From: Candidatus Spechtbacteria bacterium RIFCSPLOWO2_12_FULL_38_22
Lineage (GTDB): Bacteria > Patescibacteriota > Minisyncoccia > Spechtbacterales > 2-12-FULL-38-22
Reading direction: 5' to 3'
DNA length: 64,000 nucleotides
Assembly: GCA_001820055.1 (NCBI GenBank)
Contig: MHOK01000005.1
Coordinates: 7,371-71,370, forward strand
Part shown: piece after piece, positions 48,123 through 56,772 of the stretch
Layout of the letters: the number at the start of each line of letters is the position of its first letter
Numbering within the stretch: the stretch's first letter is position 1
Notes under the pieces: model-generated
What the model was told of the DNA's origin: nothing
Seen by the model: only the letters and a program-made list of their open reading frames with translations
Database searches by the model: none
Translations under genes and position numbers: made by a program

Positions 48123-48131
48123 ACACCCTTT

Positions 48132-49715
48132 ATGATTATTAAAAATAAAAAATACATAATACTGGGCTTATCTATTTTGGTACTATTGCCTACTACCTTT
48201 GTATACGCCGCAGAGTCCCCAAACATAATCTTTAATACGAACTTCCCAGCAATTCCCGCTCCAGTACCAGGAGGGTTTTTTGATTTAAATTGCATAGAAG
48301 GATTAAACTCTAATCTGTGTAGTAGCAACTTTGAATATGCTCCAACTATTGGAAACATAATTTTATTTATATTTACCGCCGCGATATGGATCGGCGGACT
48401 TGTCGCATTTGGGGTTTTATTCTACGGCGGGTTTTTATATATATTTTCTGGAAACGCTCCGGCTAATCGATCTAAAGCGCGAGGCATGTTGGTTAATGTA
48501 GCATGGGGAATTGGGATTTTACTCCTTTCTGTTGTATTTTTAAACTTAATAAACCCTGATGTTGCTAACTTGCGTTTTGAGAACCCCGAAGCCATCCAAA
48601 CTTGTCCCGACGGCACAACTGATTGTATAACCTACCCAGAATTGCCAAAACAATACAACACATTTGGATGTAGTTGGAACGAACAGGAAGACAAGTGCGA
48701 AATAGCCCAAGATACCGTAGCGTGTACACTTGGGTTTAAAACCTCTGGTGTGTGTGAAAAAGTTAATGGACTTCATAACCAAAATAGCTTACTTGATAAC
48801 GAAAAGGTTTGTAAAAGCTTAAAATCAAATGCTTGCGCGCTAAGTTCTGAGGGCGAAGACGCAGTTGGCAATGTTGGTTCCTATGTAGCATGTCTTGGAA
48901 CTTGCCTGTCACAAGGAAAATTAGAGGCAACATGCCAAAACGAGTGTTCTGTTTATACAGGAGGGGGCAGCGGATACTCTTGCCGGGAAAGATGCCAGGA
49001 AACCCTTCCTCCACAACTAGCGCATGAGTGTTCAGAGCTTCCGTCATGCTTAGAAACTCCCCCCGGAGTTACACCTGCAGCTGACGGATATTTTAAACTA
49101 CCCGCTTCAAATTTTTATACCAAAAGATACGAAGACGCATCGTGTGGCAAATTAGAACTAATACAAGCAATATATGTTGTGGCAAAAAGATGGTCAGAAA
49201 TAGGGGGGTCTAAAATGAATGTAACGGATTTAAACGGGGGAGGAGATTACAACTCCGGAGTTTGCCACTCAACCCATAATAGAGGCATCGACGTTGATAT
49301 TCATATTGAAGGTGTAACGCTGCACAAAACAGCAAATTCTGGAGAGTGGCTAATTAAACTGGGTAAACTACTAGTGGACACCGGGGTCGTGTCAGGATTC
49401 ATACACAGAACTGATGCTCCCCAGGATGCCGCAGCTTTAGAAGTTGTTAATAGATACTTTGAGAATAAATTCCCAAATCGAAACCCCTGGCACCCACCAT
49501 GGGCTCTAAATGAGGGGTTCTGGAGGACGGATACTGCAGGTAATCACGAAGATCATATGCACATACATATTGGCGACTCAGACGGAGCAACGGGGACAGG
49601 AATTCAACCTGGACCATACAATAGGTCTTGTAGTAGGGATACAACCTTAAGATATTATTCGAGCTCCGATTATTGTTGCTATAGAACAGATGGAGGGCAA
49701 CAAAAGTGTGGTTAG
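48132..49715 (+). CDS. Exported protein: VirB2/TrbC-like module, Cys-rich region, C-terminal LAS/M15-like zinc peptidase domain
   Basis: Residues ~40-145 are paralogous to the 46899 protein (FSGNAPANRSKARGMLVNVAWGIGILLLS). Residues ~375-482 read CHSTHNRGIDVDIH ... NHEDHMHIH, fitting SxHxxGxxxD plus HxH of Hedgehog/DD-peptidase-fold (M15) enzymes. Confidence 0.5.
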   Translation: MIIKNKKYIILGLSILVLLPTTFVYAAESPNIIFNTNFPAIPAPVPGGFFDLNCIEGLNSNLCSSNFEYAPTIGNIILFIFTAAIWIGGLVAFGVLFYGGFLYIFSGNAPANRSKARGMLVNVAWGIGILLLSVVFLNLINPDVANLRFENPEAIQTCPDGTTDCITYPELPKQYNTFGCSWNEQEDKCEIAQDTVACTLGFKTSGVCEKVNGLHNQNSLLDNEKVCKSLKSNACALSSEGEDAVGNVGSYVACLGTCLSQGKLEATCQNECSVYTGGGSGYSCRERCQETLPPQLAHECSELPSCLETPPGVTPAADGYFKLPASNFYTKRYEDASCGKLELIQAIYVVAKRWSEIGGSKMNVTDLNGGGDYNSGVCHSTHNRGIDVDIHIEGVTLHKTANSGEWLIKLGKLLVDTGVVSGFIHRTDAPQDAAALEVVNRYFENKFPNRNPWHPPWALNEGFWRTDTAGNHEDHMHIHIGDSDGATGTGIQPGPYNRSCSRDTTLRYYSSSDYCCYRTDGGQQKCG

Positions 49716-49740
49716 TTGTTTATTATTAACATAAAAGTAA

Positions 49741-50394
49741 ATGAAGCATAATCTGAAAACTTTATTAGCCTTTGGCGGCTTACTGCTGGGTTTAACTTTG
49801 ATATTTGTATTTATAAATAGGTTATGGGATGTACAAGATCCAGAAACTTTTGTAATAAAGAGAACAGACCAAACAACAACGCAATGGGATAGAATTTTAC
49901 AACAAAAAGACACAGAGAACGCAAAGATTATAACTAATGTATACGACGGCTACGAAATAACAATTCCAAAAAATTGGCTAGCTCCCCAAAAAAGTCCCTC
50001 TGCCCTACGTCTATATTCATACGAACAGCTACAATACCGTACAGAAAAAAATCTATTAGAAAATATAGAAAAATGGCCCCCACTAGAACACGAGATGCCG
50101 ATATTCAGTATAGATATCTTAGAAAAAATAGAAAAAACCCCTCTAGATGTTTGGCTAAACACCTCGCCCTTTGTAACAAACGTCCTCCCTGGTGAATTAA
50201 TTTTTAAAAAAATAAAAATAAACACTTTGGAAGCCTTGAAAGCTATACAACAAACATATGAAGAAGACGGTAGCCTAGGACTTATGCAAAGTGTCTTTGT
50301 TGTGTCTGGTAAGAATAGAGTTTACATCTTAACCTGCGCCGACGACTTACAAAAATGTGAAAACGCGATAAAAACCTTTAAAATCCTCGAATAA
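49741..50394 (+). CDS. Bitopic membrane protein, possibly VirB8-like
   Basis: 217 aa. N-terminal TM plus ~190-aa extracytoplasmic domain, the VirB8/PrgL topology and size. No motif-level support. Confidence 0.25.
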   Translation: MKHNLKTLLAFGGLLLGLTLIFVFINRLWDVQDPETFVIKRTDQTTTQWDRILQQKDTENAKIITNVYDGYEITIPKNWLAPQKSPSALRLYSYEQLQYRTEKNLLENIEKWPPLEHEMPIFSIDILEKIEKTPLDVWLNTSPFVTNVLPGELIFKKIKINTLEALKAIQQTYEEDGSLGLMQSVFVVSGKNRVYILTCADDLQKCENAIKTFKILE

Positions 50395-50406
50395 GTGGGC
50401 CCACAA

Positions 50407-50456
50407 ATCAACAAATAAACGTTTCAAACCTGGTTTGAAACGTTTATTTGTTGATT
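50407..50456. terminator. Palindromic hairpin (family H copy 2) between convergent genes
   Basis: AATCAACAAATAAACGTTTCAAACC-T-GGTTTGAAACGTTTATTTGTTGATT. Shares AAATAAACGTTTCAA arms with 8758-8803. Confidence 0.6.
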
Positions 50457-50457
50457 T

Positions 50458-51903
50458 TTAATCCAGTTGCTGATCGGTTTTGGAGAGTAAGTTTGAAGGT
50501 AATATCTTATGAAGTCTAAGTAAATAAGAAGATGCTATAAATATCCCAACACCAAACACGAATACCCGCATGAACCGGTTAGCACCAAGAGGTGTTTGTA
50601 TGTCCGCTATAGCGTAAAACACAAACCCCCCAACAACAGTAGCAACTAACACCGCCCGAAACAACACAGAAAACGAGATACTAAATTTAGTCTTCGTTCT
50701 TACAATATAAACTATGTAAATAAACACTAGTAATTCGGTGGCAACCGTGGTCCACGAAGCTCCCAAATAAGAATACTTAGGTATAAAAATTAAATTAGCG
50801 ACAAAATTAAAAATAAATCCGGCTACGTAAGCCCACATTGCTTTTTTTTGTAAATCCAAAGCTACCACGCTGTTGCCAAAAAGGGTAGCTAAAAATATTA
50901 TACCTGTTGCAATAAATAATATCTGAAGTGGCAAACCAGAGGGTAAAAACTCTGTTCCCCCTATAAAATTTACTATTGAATAAGAGAGTAAAACCCCACA
51001 AACCACCGCCGTCAATGTTACTGTAAATATCAACTCCACTAAACGGGAAAGTAAATGAGAAAACTTTTCTTTATTTTCTTTCGCATAACGTGAAAGAATA
51101 GGGAGCAAAAGACCAACAAAAGCTGCTGGAAAAAATATCAAAACCTCCAAAATCTTATAGGCTACGTTGTATGTTCCTACTTCTTCCTGCGTTTTTATGA
51201 TAGATAAAAGAAGTGTGTCTGATTTAAAATATAGAAGTGTAAAAATAATAGAAATAGCAATCGGATAGGTGGTTTTTATAATTCTTCGCCACTCTAAATT
51301 TCTAAAAGTTACCTTAAACGGAACTAAACGACGAACAAACACCAAGTCAACTACAAATATAACAAACACCCCCGCAAGTACAGCGCTTAGATAGTGAAAC
51401 AGTCCGCCCCCCCTGACAAAAAAGAACCATACAAAACCCAACTGAACAACCCGGCCCAAAACTTCAGCGAACGCCGCTTTATAAACTTGTAAATATTTCT
51501 GAAAAACTCCCAAAAAAAGCTGTGTTAAAGAAAGCATAACAAATGCGGAAGATGCAAAAACTATTCCTAGTTTAAGCTCGCGTGAATACGGAAACAAAAA
51601 TACCAACACGCTCGCCAAGGCCATAAAAAATACGGCCACAATAAGCCGTAGCGTAAAGAACTGTCCCACCAACTGTTTTTCCTGTTCAGGTTTTTGAGAT
51701 ATCTCTTTGGTCAATAAAGAATACAACCCCAAGTCCGCTAAAATTTGAAAAGTAGACAAATAAGCAACGCCTGTTGCGTATTGCCCAAATCCAAAAACAC
51801 CAAGGGAGCGGGTAATGAAACCCAAAATCACGAGCGAAATGCCCCCGCCAAGAACCTTGCCTAACGAAGAAGCAATGGTATTAAGTGTTATTTTCCTCAA
51901 CAT
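50458..51903 (-). CDS. MOP-superfamily flippase (MurJ/Wzx-like)
   Basis: 481 aa. 12-14 TM helices. N-terminal region resembles polysaccharide-biosynthesis/MurJ proteins. Confidence 0.55.
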   Translation of the reverse strand: MLRKITLNTIASSLGKVLGGGISLVILGFITRSLGVFGFGQYATGVAYLSTFQILADLGLYSLLTKEISQKPEQEKQLVGQFFTLRLIVAVFFMALASVLVFLFPYSRELKLGIVFASSAFVMLSLTQLFLGVFQKYLQVYKAAFAEVLGRVVQLGFVWFFFVRGGGLFHYLSAVLAGVFVIFVVDLVFVRRLVPFKVTFRNLEWRRIIKTTYPIAISIIFTLLYFKSDTLLLSIIKTQEEVGTYNVAYKILEVLIFFPAAFVGLLLPILSRYAKENKEKFSHLLSRLVELIFTVTLTAVVCGVLLSYSIVNFIGGTEFLPSGLPLQILFIATGIIFLATLFGNSVVALDLQKKAMWAYVAGFIFNFVANLIFIPKYSYLGASWTTVATELLVFIYIVYIVRTKTKFSISFSVLFRAVLVATVVGGFVFYAIADIQTPLGANRFMRVFVFGVGIFIASSYLLRLHKILPSNLLSKTDQQLD

Positions 51904-52364
51904 TATTTTTTAAGCTTAACGACGATTCTGCGCTCGCGCCCCTCGCCCGTACTTTCAGTTTCCACGTCGCTAAATTCTGAAAGCGCGCTGTGTACTATGC
52001 GTCTATCAAAAGCGGTCATGGCCTCCATTTCTATATCTTTATCTTCTCTCAACGCTCGAGTGCGAGTAAAGTGCGCCATATCTTTTAAAAGCTCCGCGCG
52101 CTTTCTCTTGTACCCGTTAATATCCAGATCCATCACAACTTCATCCCCATGCTTTTTTCTGACCATCAAACGAACTAAGTGTTGTAGCGCGTTTAGATTC
52201 TTGCCTTTTTCTCCTATCAGCTGGCGAGGCTCATCAACAAAAACGTCCACAAAAAATCTGCCATCTTCTTCAATAACCTCCGGCGCTTGCAAAGAAATAT
52301 ATCCAGTTTTCTCCAACAACTCTTGAACGTCTCTTTTTAAATCCAACGCTATTTTAGATTTCAT
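51903..52364 (-). CDS. jag: Jag/KhpB-like RNA-binding protein (KH + R3H)
   Basis: KH-like (IGEKGKNLNALQHLVRLMV) and R3H (DRRIVHSAL) motifs. Downstream of yidC as in the conserved yidC-jag pair. Confidence 0.8.
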   Translation of the reverse strand: MKSKIALDLKRDVQELLEKTGYISLQAPEVIEEDGRFFVDVFVDEPRQLIGEKGKNLNALQHLVRLMVRKKHGDEVVMDLDINGYKRKRAELLKDMAHFTRTRALREDKDIEMEAMTAFDRRIVHSALSEFSDVETESTGEGRERRIVVKLKK

Positions 52365-53080
52365 GTTGTTATTTTATTTAAAGATTTGTTAATAAAAAGC
52401 TGTTGAGCAAAAGAAAACACGGTAGTTACAAACCAGTAAAGAACGAGCCCCGCAGGAAAACTCTGCGCAATAAAAAAAGTAACCAGAGGCAAAACATATA
52501 TCATCTGTTTACCCATCATTCCTTGTAGCCCAGAATTTCCGCTTGTCCCTATTTTTTTCCTTTGGCTGAAAGTGATGCGCGATACCATAAATTGAGAAAA
52601 CGCGGCAAGAAACGCCAACACCATGGAAACTTCTGTCAAAGGAACTAAACCAAGAAAATTAGTGTTTATACCGGAAGGAGCACCGACGAAAGAGTATAAC
52701 CCGTTTAAAGTTTCGGGCGTAAGTTGTATCGAAAATACCTTATACAAACCTATAATAATTGGCAGTTGTATTAAAAATGGCAGACATCCAGCAAAAGGAT
52801 TAATATTATTTTTCTTATAAAACTCCATGACAGCTTGCGACTGTTTTTGGCGGTCGTCTTTAAATTCCTTCTGAATTTCTTTCAACTGTGGTTGTAGCTG
52901 CGACATCTTTTTTTGAGAAGAAAGCGCCTTATGAGACAAAGGGAAAAGTATAAGGCGCGTTATAACAGTAACAGCTACAATCGCCCAACCCAAACTATGC
53001 CCGGGTAAATAATCCACGATAAAAATCAAAAGATTAAGTATGGGCCTAAATATTATTTCATTAAAAATTGTTAGTAACAT
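52361..53080 (-). CDS. yidC: Membrane protein insertase YidC (short form)
   Basis: 239 aa. Conserved YidC/Oxa1 core (LFPLS...QLQPQLKEIQKEFKDD...FAGCLPFLIQLPI). Confidence 0.85.
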   Translation of the reverse strand: MLLTIFNEIIFRPILNLLIFIVDYLPGHSLGWAIVAVTVITRLILFPLSHKALSSQKKMSQLQPQLKEIQKEFKDDRQKQSQAVMEFYKKNNINPFAGCLPFLIQLPIIIGLYKVFSIQLTPETLNGLYSFVGAPSGINTNFLGLVPLTEVSMVLAFLAAFSQFMVSRITFSQRKKIGTSGNSGLQGMMGKQMIYVLPLVTFFIAQSFPAGLVLYWFVTTVFSFAQQLFINKSLNKITT

Positions 53081-53087
53081 AATTAAA

Positions 53088-53357
53088 TTAATGGCATTTT
53101 TTTAACTGCGCAAACCCCGCTTTTAAGCCATGAAGCGCTCCGCGCTCCTTAATCGCTATTTTTGTGTACTGTGAACATGTCGGGCGGAACTTGCACTGCC
53201 CTACTGTAAAAAAACTTACAACACCGTGGTCTGGCGACAGCGTCCATTGATAAACTGTTATTAAACCTAAAAATAAAAAACTGGGAGTTCTTTTGGCCCA
53301 GCTATTGGTCAGTCTATTTTTAAAACATATTGGTTTTTTTAAATAGTTGTATTGCAT
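53088..53357 (-). CDS. yidD: Membrane protein insertion efficiency factor YidD
   Basis: YQWTLSP...CKFRPTCSQY motif. 5' end overlaps rnpA, so the true start is probably internal. Confidence 0.78.
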   Translation of the reverse strand: MQYNYLKKPICFKNRLTNSWAKRTPSFLFLGLITVYQWTLSPDHGVVSFFTVGQCKFRPTCSQYTKIAIKERGALHGLKAGFAQLKKCH

Positions 53358-53655
53358 CTTCTCTTAAATCTTCAAATTTCCTATTTTTAATGTCTTCATT
53401 ACCTATAATTATAATGTCAAACCCTAAATTTAAATTCCCAATAGCCTCACGAGCCACATGGCGCAAAACTCTTTTGTAATAGTTCTTTTTAACAGAGGTT
53501 TTTGCAATCTTCTTGCTAACAGCGACACCGACTTTTATAATTCCAAAATTATTTTTGATAATTCTTACATAAAAAAATCTCCCTCTGTATACACGACCCT
53601 TGGCAAGTGTGTATTCAAATTCTTTCGTGTTTAATCTGTGTTTTTTAGAGAACAT
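53320..53655 (-). CDS. rnpA: RNase P protein component
   Basis: 111 aa. Basic. RNR-like motif region (KKNYYKRVLRHVARE). Position between rpmH and yidD. Confidence 0.85.
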   Translation of the reverse strand: MFSKKHRLNTKEFEYTLAKGRVYRGRFFYVRIIKNNFGIIKVGVAVSKKIAKTSVKKNYYKRVLRHVAREAIGNLNLGFDIIIIGNEDIKNRKFEDLREDAIQLFKKTNMF

Positions 53656-53658
53656 ATA

Positions 53659-53802
53659 TTAAACCGCCAAACGTTTTCGTCCTTTGCTCCTGCGACGCGA
53701 CAAAACTCTACGCCCATTCTTTGTGGCGGCCCTCTTTAGAAATCCATGGGTTCTTTTTCTTCTACTTTTGCTTGGATTATATGTTTGTGCTTTTGTCGTC
53801 AT
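53659..53802 (-). CDS. rpmH: 50S ribosomal protein L34
   Basis: Manual translation of the minus strand: [47 protein letters not shown] (47 aa). Below the ORF-track length cutoff. Confidence 0.85.
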   Translation of the reverse strand: MTTKAQTYNPSKSRRKRTHGFLKRAATKNGRRVLSRRRSKGRKRLAV

Positions 53803-54040
53803 ATTTATAACTTTACCACTTTAATGAACTGTTTTCAAGTTAGGAAAGTGATTCCACACACACTCCACAACTTATACCCAAAATTCGTAAAAAATCAAGA
53901 TTTACAACATGGTATGTGCTCGTGGTAGAATGGAATAGAATTAATCGCCCACACTTAGTTATCGTATCCGCCAACTACAGACTGCGACAAAAAACTAAAC
54001 GTAGTCCATAGACACCTTGTGGGTGGTGGCAAATAAAATT
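53803..54040. promoter_or_regulatory. Candidate oriC / dnaA promoter region with DnaA-box-like 9-mers
   Basis: GATTCCACA, ACTCCACAA, TGTGGGTGG. Classical rpmH-dnaA position. Confidence 0.35.
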
Positions 54041-55396
54041 ATGAATGAGTATGATTTGTGGCAAGTCGTTTTAACTGAAATAGAACCTCAAATATCAAAA
54101 GCTAATTTTGTTACTTGGTTTAAAAACACTTATATATCTTCCAAAAAAGATGGGGTTGTTTCTGTTGCAGTACCTAATGCGTTCAGCAGAGAATGGTTAG
54201 AAAATAAATATACCAAACCAATAATGAGATCGTTGAGAAACACATCAAGAGACATTAGAGAGATTCGCTATATAATAGAAAACAAAAAACCTACGATTAT
54301 TACGGCCCAAAATCAAACAGTAGAAAAAAGGGACATTGAGGAAACACAGTTACAGTTTGAAGAGTTACAAATAGATAGTGTAACCAATCTTAACCCAAAA
54401 TACTCCTTTGACAACTTCGTTGTAGGCTCCTCCAACGAGTTGGCGCATGCCGCAGCCATCTCAATAACAAAAAAACCCGGAGCATTGTATAACCCACTAT
54501 TCATATACGGGGGGGTGGGACTAGGAAAAACACACCTGCTTCAAGCGATAGGAAATACTTTTGCCCAAACCAGAAAAAAAGTTCTTTACATAACGTCCGA
54601 ACGCTTTACAAGCGAGTTTATAACCTCTATATCCAACCAAACAATAGATAGTTTTAAAAATAAATATAGAAACAAGGATGTTTTAATAATAGACGATATA
54701 CAGTTTATAGCTGGCAAAGAGCAGACCCAAGAAGAGTTCTTCCACACATTCAACACCCTACATGAAACAAACAAACAAATAATTCTTAGCTCCGACAGAA
54801 CCCCACGGTCCATACCAACCCTAGAAGAAAGGTTGCGATCCAGGTTCGAGGGTGGGATGTTGGTAGACATAGGATACCCAAACTATGAGATGCGGGTAGC
54901 TATTTTAAAAACGAAGGTTAAAAGTAAAAATATCTTTTTATCCGAGGAGGTTATTAACTACATAGCAAACAATATACAAAAAAACGTACGAGAATTGGAG
55001 GGTGCCCTTAATTTGGTCATCGCCTCCTCAAAACTCAACAACAACGAGACGAACCTAGAACAGGCTAAAAAAATACTATCTCACATAACCAGCAAACCAA
55101 ACAAGCCGATTAGTTACAAAAAAATATTTAAGACAGTTTCTGATTTCTATGAGATAGAGGAAAAGTCTCTTTTGGGCAAAAATAGAAAAAGAGAAATTGT
55201 TTTACCCAGACAAATTGCTATGTTTTTAATGCGGTCTGAACTAAAAGCCTCTTACCCGTTTATAGGAGAAAGGTTTGGTGGCAAAGACCACACAACAGTC
55301 ATGTATGCTTGTGCAAAAATAGAAAAAGAAGTAAACACTAATCACAATTTAGAACAAGAAATAGGACTGATAAAACAACAAATATATAGTGACTAA
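54017..55396 (+). CDS. dnaA: Chromosomal replication initiator DnaA
   Basis: AAA+ Walker A GGVGLGKTHLL. Sensor motifs. C-terminal DNA-binding domain. Likely true start at 54041 (MNEYDLWQ). Confidence 0.9.
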   Translation: MWVVANKIMNEYDLWQVVLTEIEPQISKANFVTWFKNTYISSKKDGVVSVAVPNAFSREWLENKYTKPIMRSLRNTSRDIREIRYIIENKKPTIITAQNQTVEKRDIEETQLQFEELQIDSVTNLNPKYSFDNFVVGSSNELAHAAAISITKKPGALYNPLFIYGGVGLGKTHLLQAIGNTFAQTRKKVLYITSERFTSEFITSISNQTIDSFKNKYRNKDVLIIDDIQFIAGKEQTQEEFFHTFNTLHETNKQIILSSDRTPRSIPTLEERLRSRFEGGMLVDIGYPNYEMRVAILKTKVKSKNIFLSEEVINYIANNIQKNVRELEGALNLVIASSKLNNNETNLEQAKKILSHITSKPNKPISYKKIFKTVSDFYEIEEKSLLGKNRKREIVLPRQIAMFLMRSELKASYPFIGERFGGKDHTTVMYACAKIEKEVNTNHNLEQEIGLIKQQIYSD

Positions 55397-55623
55397 TATA
55401 TCAATTTTGTGGAAAAGTTGTTGAAAAGTGTGTATATATCCCTTAGGATATCTATGTTGAAAAAACTCTAATCGTTTTCTAAAAAATAATTAACCCGCTT
55501 CTTTCCAACAAAAATCCACAACGTTATACAAACTAGTTTGCACAGGTTTTTCCATCTAACAAATACTGATCACAAAGCCAAAAAATAGTTTTTGAACAAA
55601 TTTATAACTATACTATAACAACT
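55397..55623. promoter_or_regulatory. Candidate oriC segment (dnaA-dnaN intergenic) with DnaA-box-like 9-mers and AT-rich stretch
   Basis: TTGTGGAAA (TTTCCACAA) and AAATCCACA. AT-rich tracts. Confidence 0.35.
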
Positions 55624-56736
55624 ATGAAACTGTATATAAAAAAAGAGTTATTTCTGAAAGCAATAAGCGCAACCGAAAAAAATACCGGAAAAAATTTTAC
55701 ATTACCTATATTAAACAATGTTTTAATAAAAACTGTTGAAAACATATTGCAATTAACCTCTACAGATTTGGAATTAGCAACAATTGCTGAGGTGCCTGCA
55801 AAAATAGAAGAAGAAGGAAGTATCGCGATGAACCCAAAAACCTTAAGCGGTTTTTTAGTCAATTCCCCAGAGGGAGAAGTTTTATTAAAAACAAAAAAAG
55901 ACATCTTACTTGTAGAGCATAGAAATTATAAAACAAACATTAAAGGTTTTTTAGATAAAGATTTTCCATTATTACCAAAAACAGATAAAAAGAAGTTTTT
56001 TACAATTCCGTCTACCATTATCACCAGTGCTTTGTCCCAAGTAATAAATTCTGTCTCTATCAGTGATTTGAAGCTGGAACTCACAGGAGTGTTTTTTAAG
56101 ATTACAAAAAATAATATTAAACTGGTGTCCACGGATTCTTTTAGATTATCTGAAAAAACACTTTCTAGAGATAAATCAGAAAATGTTAACGAGGAAAGTT
56201 TTATATTGCCGACGAAAGCGGCGAACGAGATTATAAGAAATTATCAAGACCTCAACGATATTTTGTTTTTTTATATAGACAAAAACCAAGTTACTATACA
56301 AAATGAGGAAAACAAAAAGGTAAATTTAAAAATTATATCCAAAATTATTGAGGGCGAGTATCCAGAATATTCCCAAATAATACCCAAAGAATTTACAACA
56401 AAAGTAATTATTTCTAAAAAGGAGTTTGCGCAACAAATAAAAAGCGCGGGCTTATTTGCAAGCAGAATAAACGACATTACTCTCAGGGTTGAAAAAGATA
56501 AATTGACAATACATTCGCAAAATAATGATGTAGGAGAGTTCAGTTCTTATATTGAGGCCCATGTGGAGGGGGAAGAACAGGAAATGAGATTTAATTATAA
56601 CTACCTTTTATCTGGGTTGAATAATATAGAAGGAGATGAAGTTGTGTTTAAGATAAATAGGTCTGACGGCCCAACTCTTGTGGAATCTGTTAAAAACAAA
56701 GATTACTTCTATATTCTGATGCCAATTAGAAAATAA
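55624..56736 (+). CDS. dnaN: DNA polymerase III beta sliding clamp
   Basis: 370 aa. Three-domain clamp. Immediately downstream of dnaA. Confidence 0.9.
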   Translation: MKLYIKKELFLKAISATEKNTGKNFTLPILNNVLIKTVENILQLTSTDLELATIAEVPAKIEEEGSIAMNPKTLSGFLVNSPEGEVLLKTKKDILLVEHRNYKTNIKGFLDKDFPLLPKTDKKKFFTIPSTIITSALSQVINSVSISDLKLELTGVFFKITKNNIKLVSTDSFRLSEKTLSRDKSENVNEESFILPTKAANEIIRNYQDLNDILFFYIDKNQVTIQNEENKKVNLKIISKIIEGEYPEYSQIIPKEFTTKVIISKKEFAQQIKSAGLFASRINDITLRVEKDKLTIHSQNNDVGEFSSYIEAHVEGEEQEMRFNYNYLLSGLNNIEGDEVVFKINRSDGPTLVESVKNKDYFYILMPIRK

Positions 56737-56740
56737 ATTT

Positions 56741-56772
56741 AATAAACCCCCGATGCGTCGGGGGTTTATTAA
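56741..56772. terminator. Bidirectional hairpin terminator between dnaN and the PBP gene
   Basis: AATAAACCCCCGA-TGCG-TCGGGGGTTTATT. Confidence 0.6.

Noticed and set aside
40592-49715. Integrated conjugative element or plasmid remnant
   Set aside because: No relaxase, VirD4 coupling protein, integrase or oriT-like sequence visible in or beside the cluster. Treated instead as a chromosomal T4SS-like machine, though the window edges limit this conclusion.
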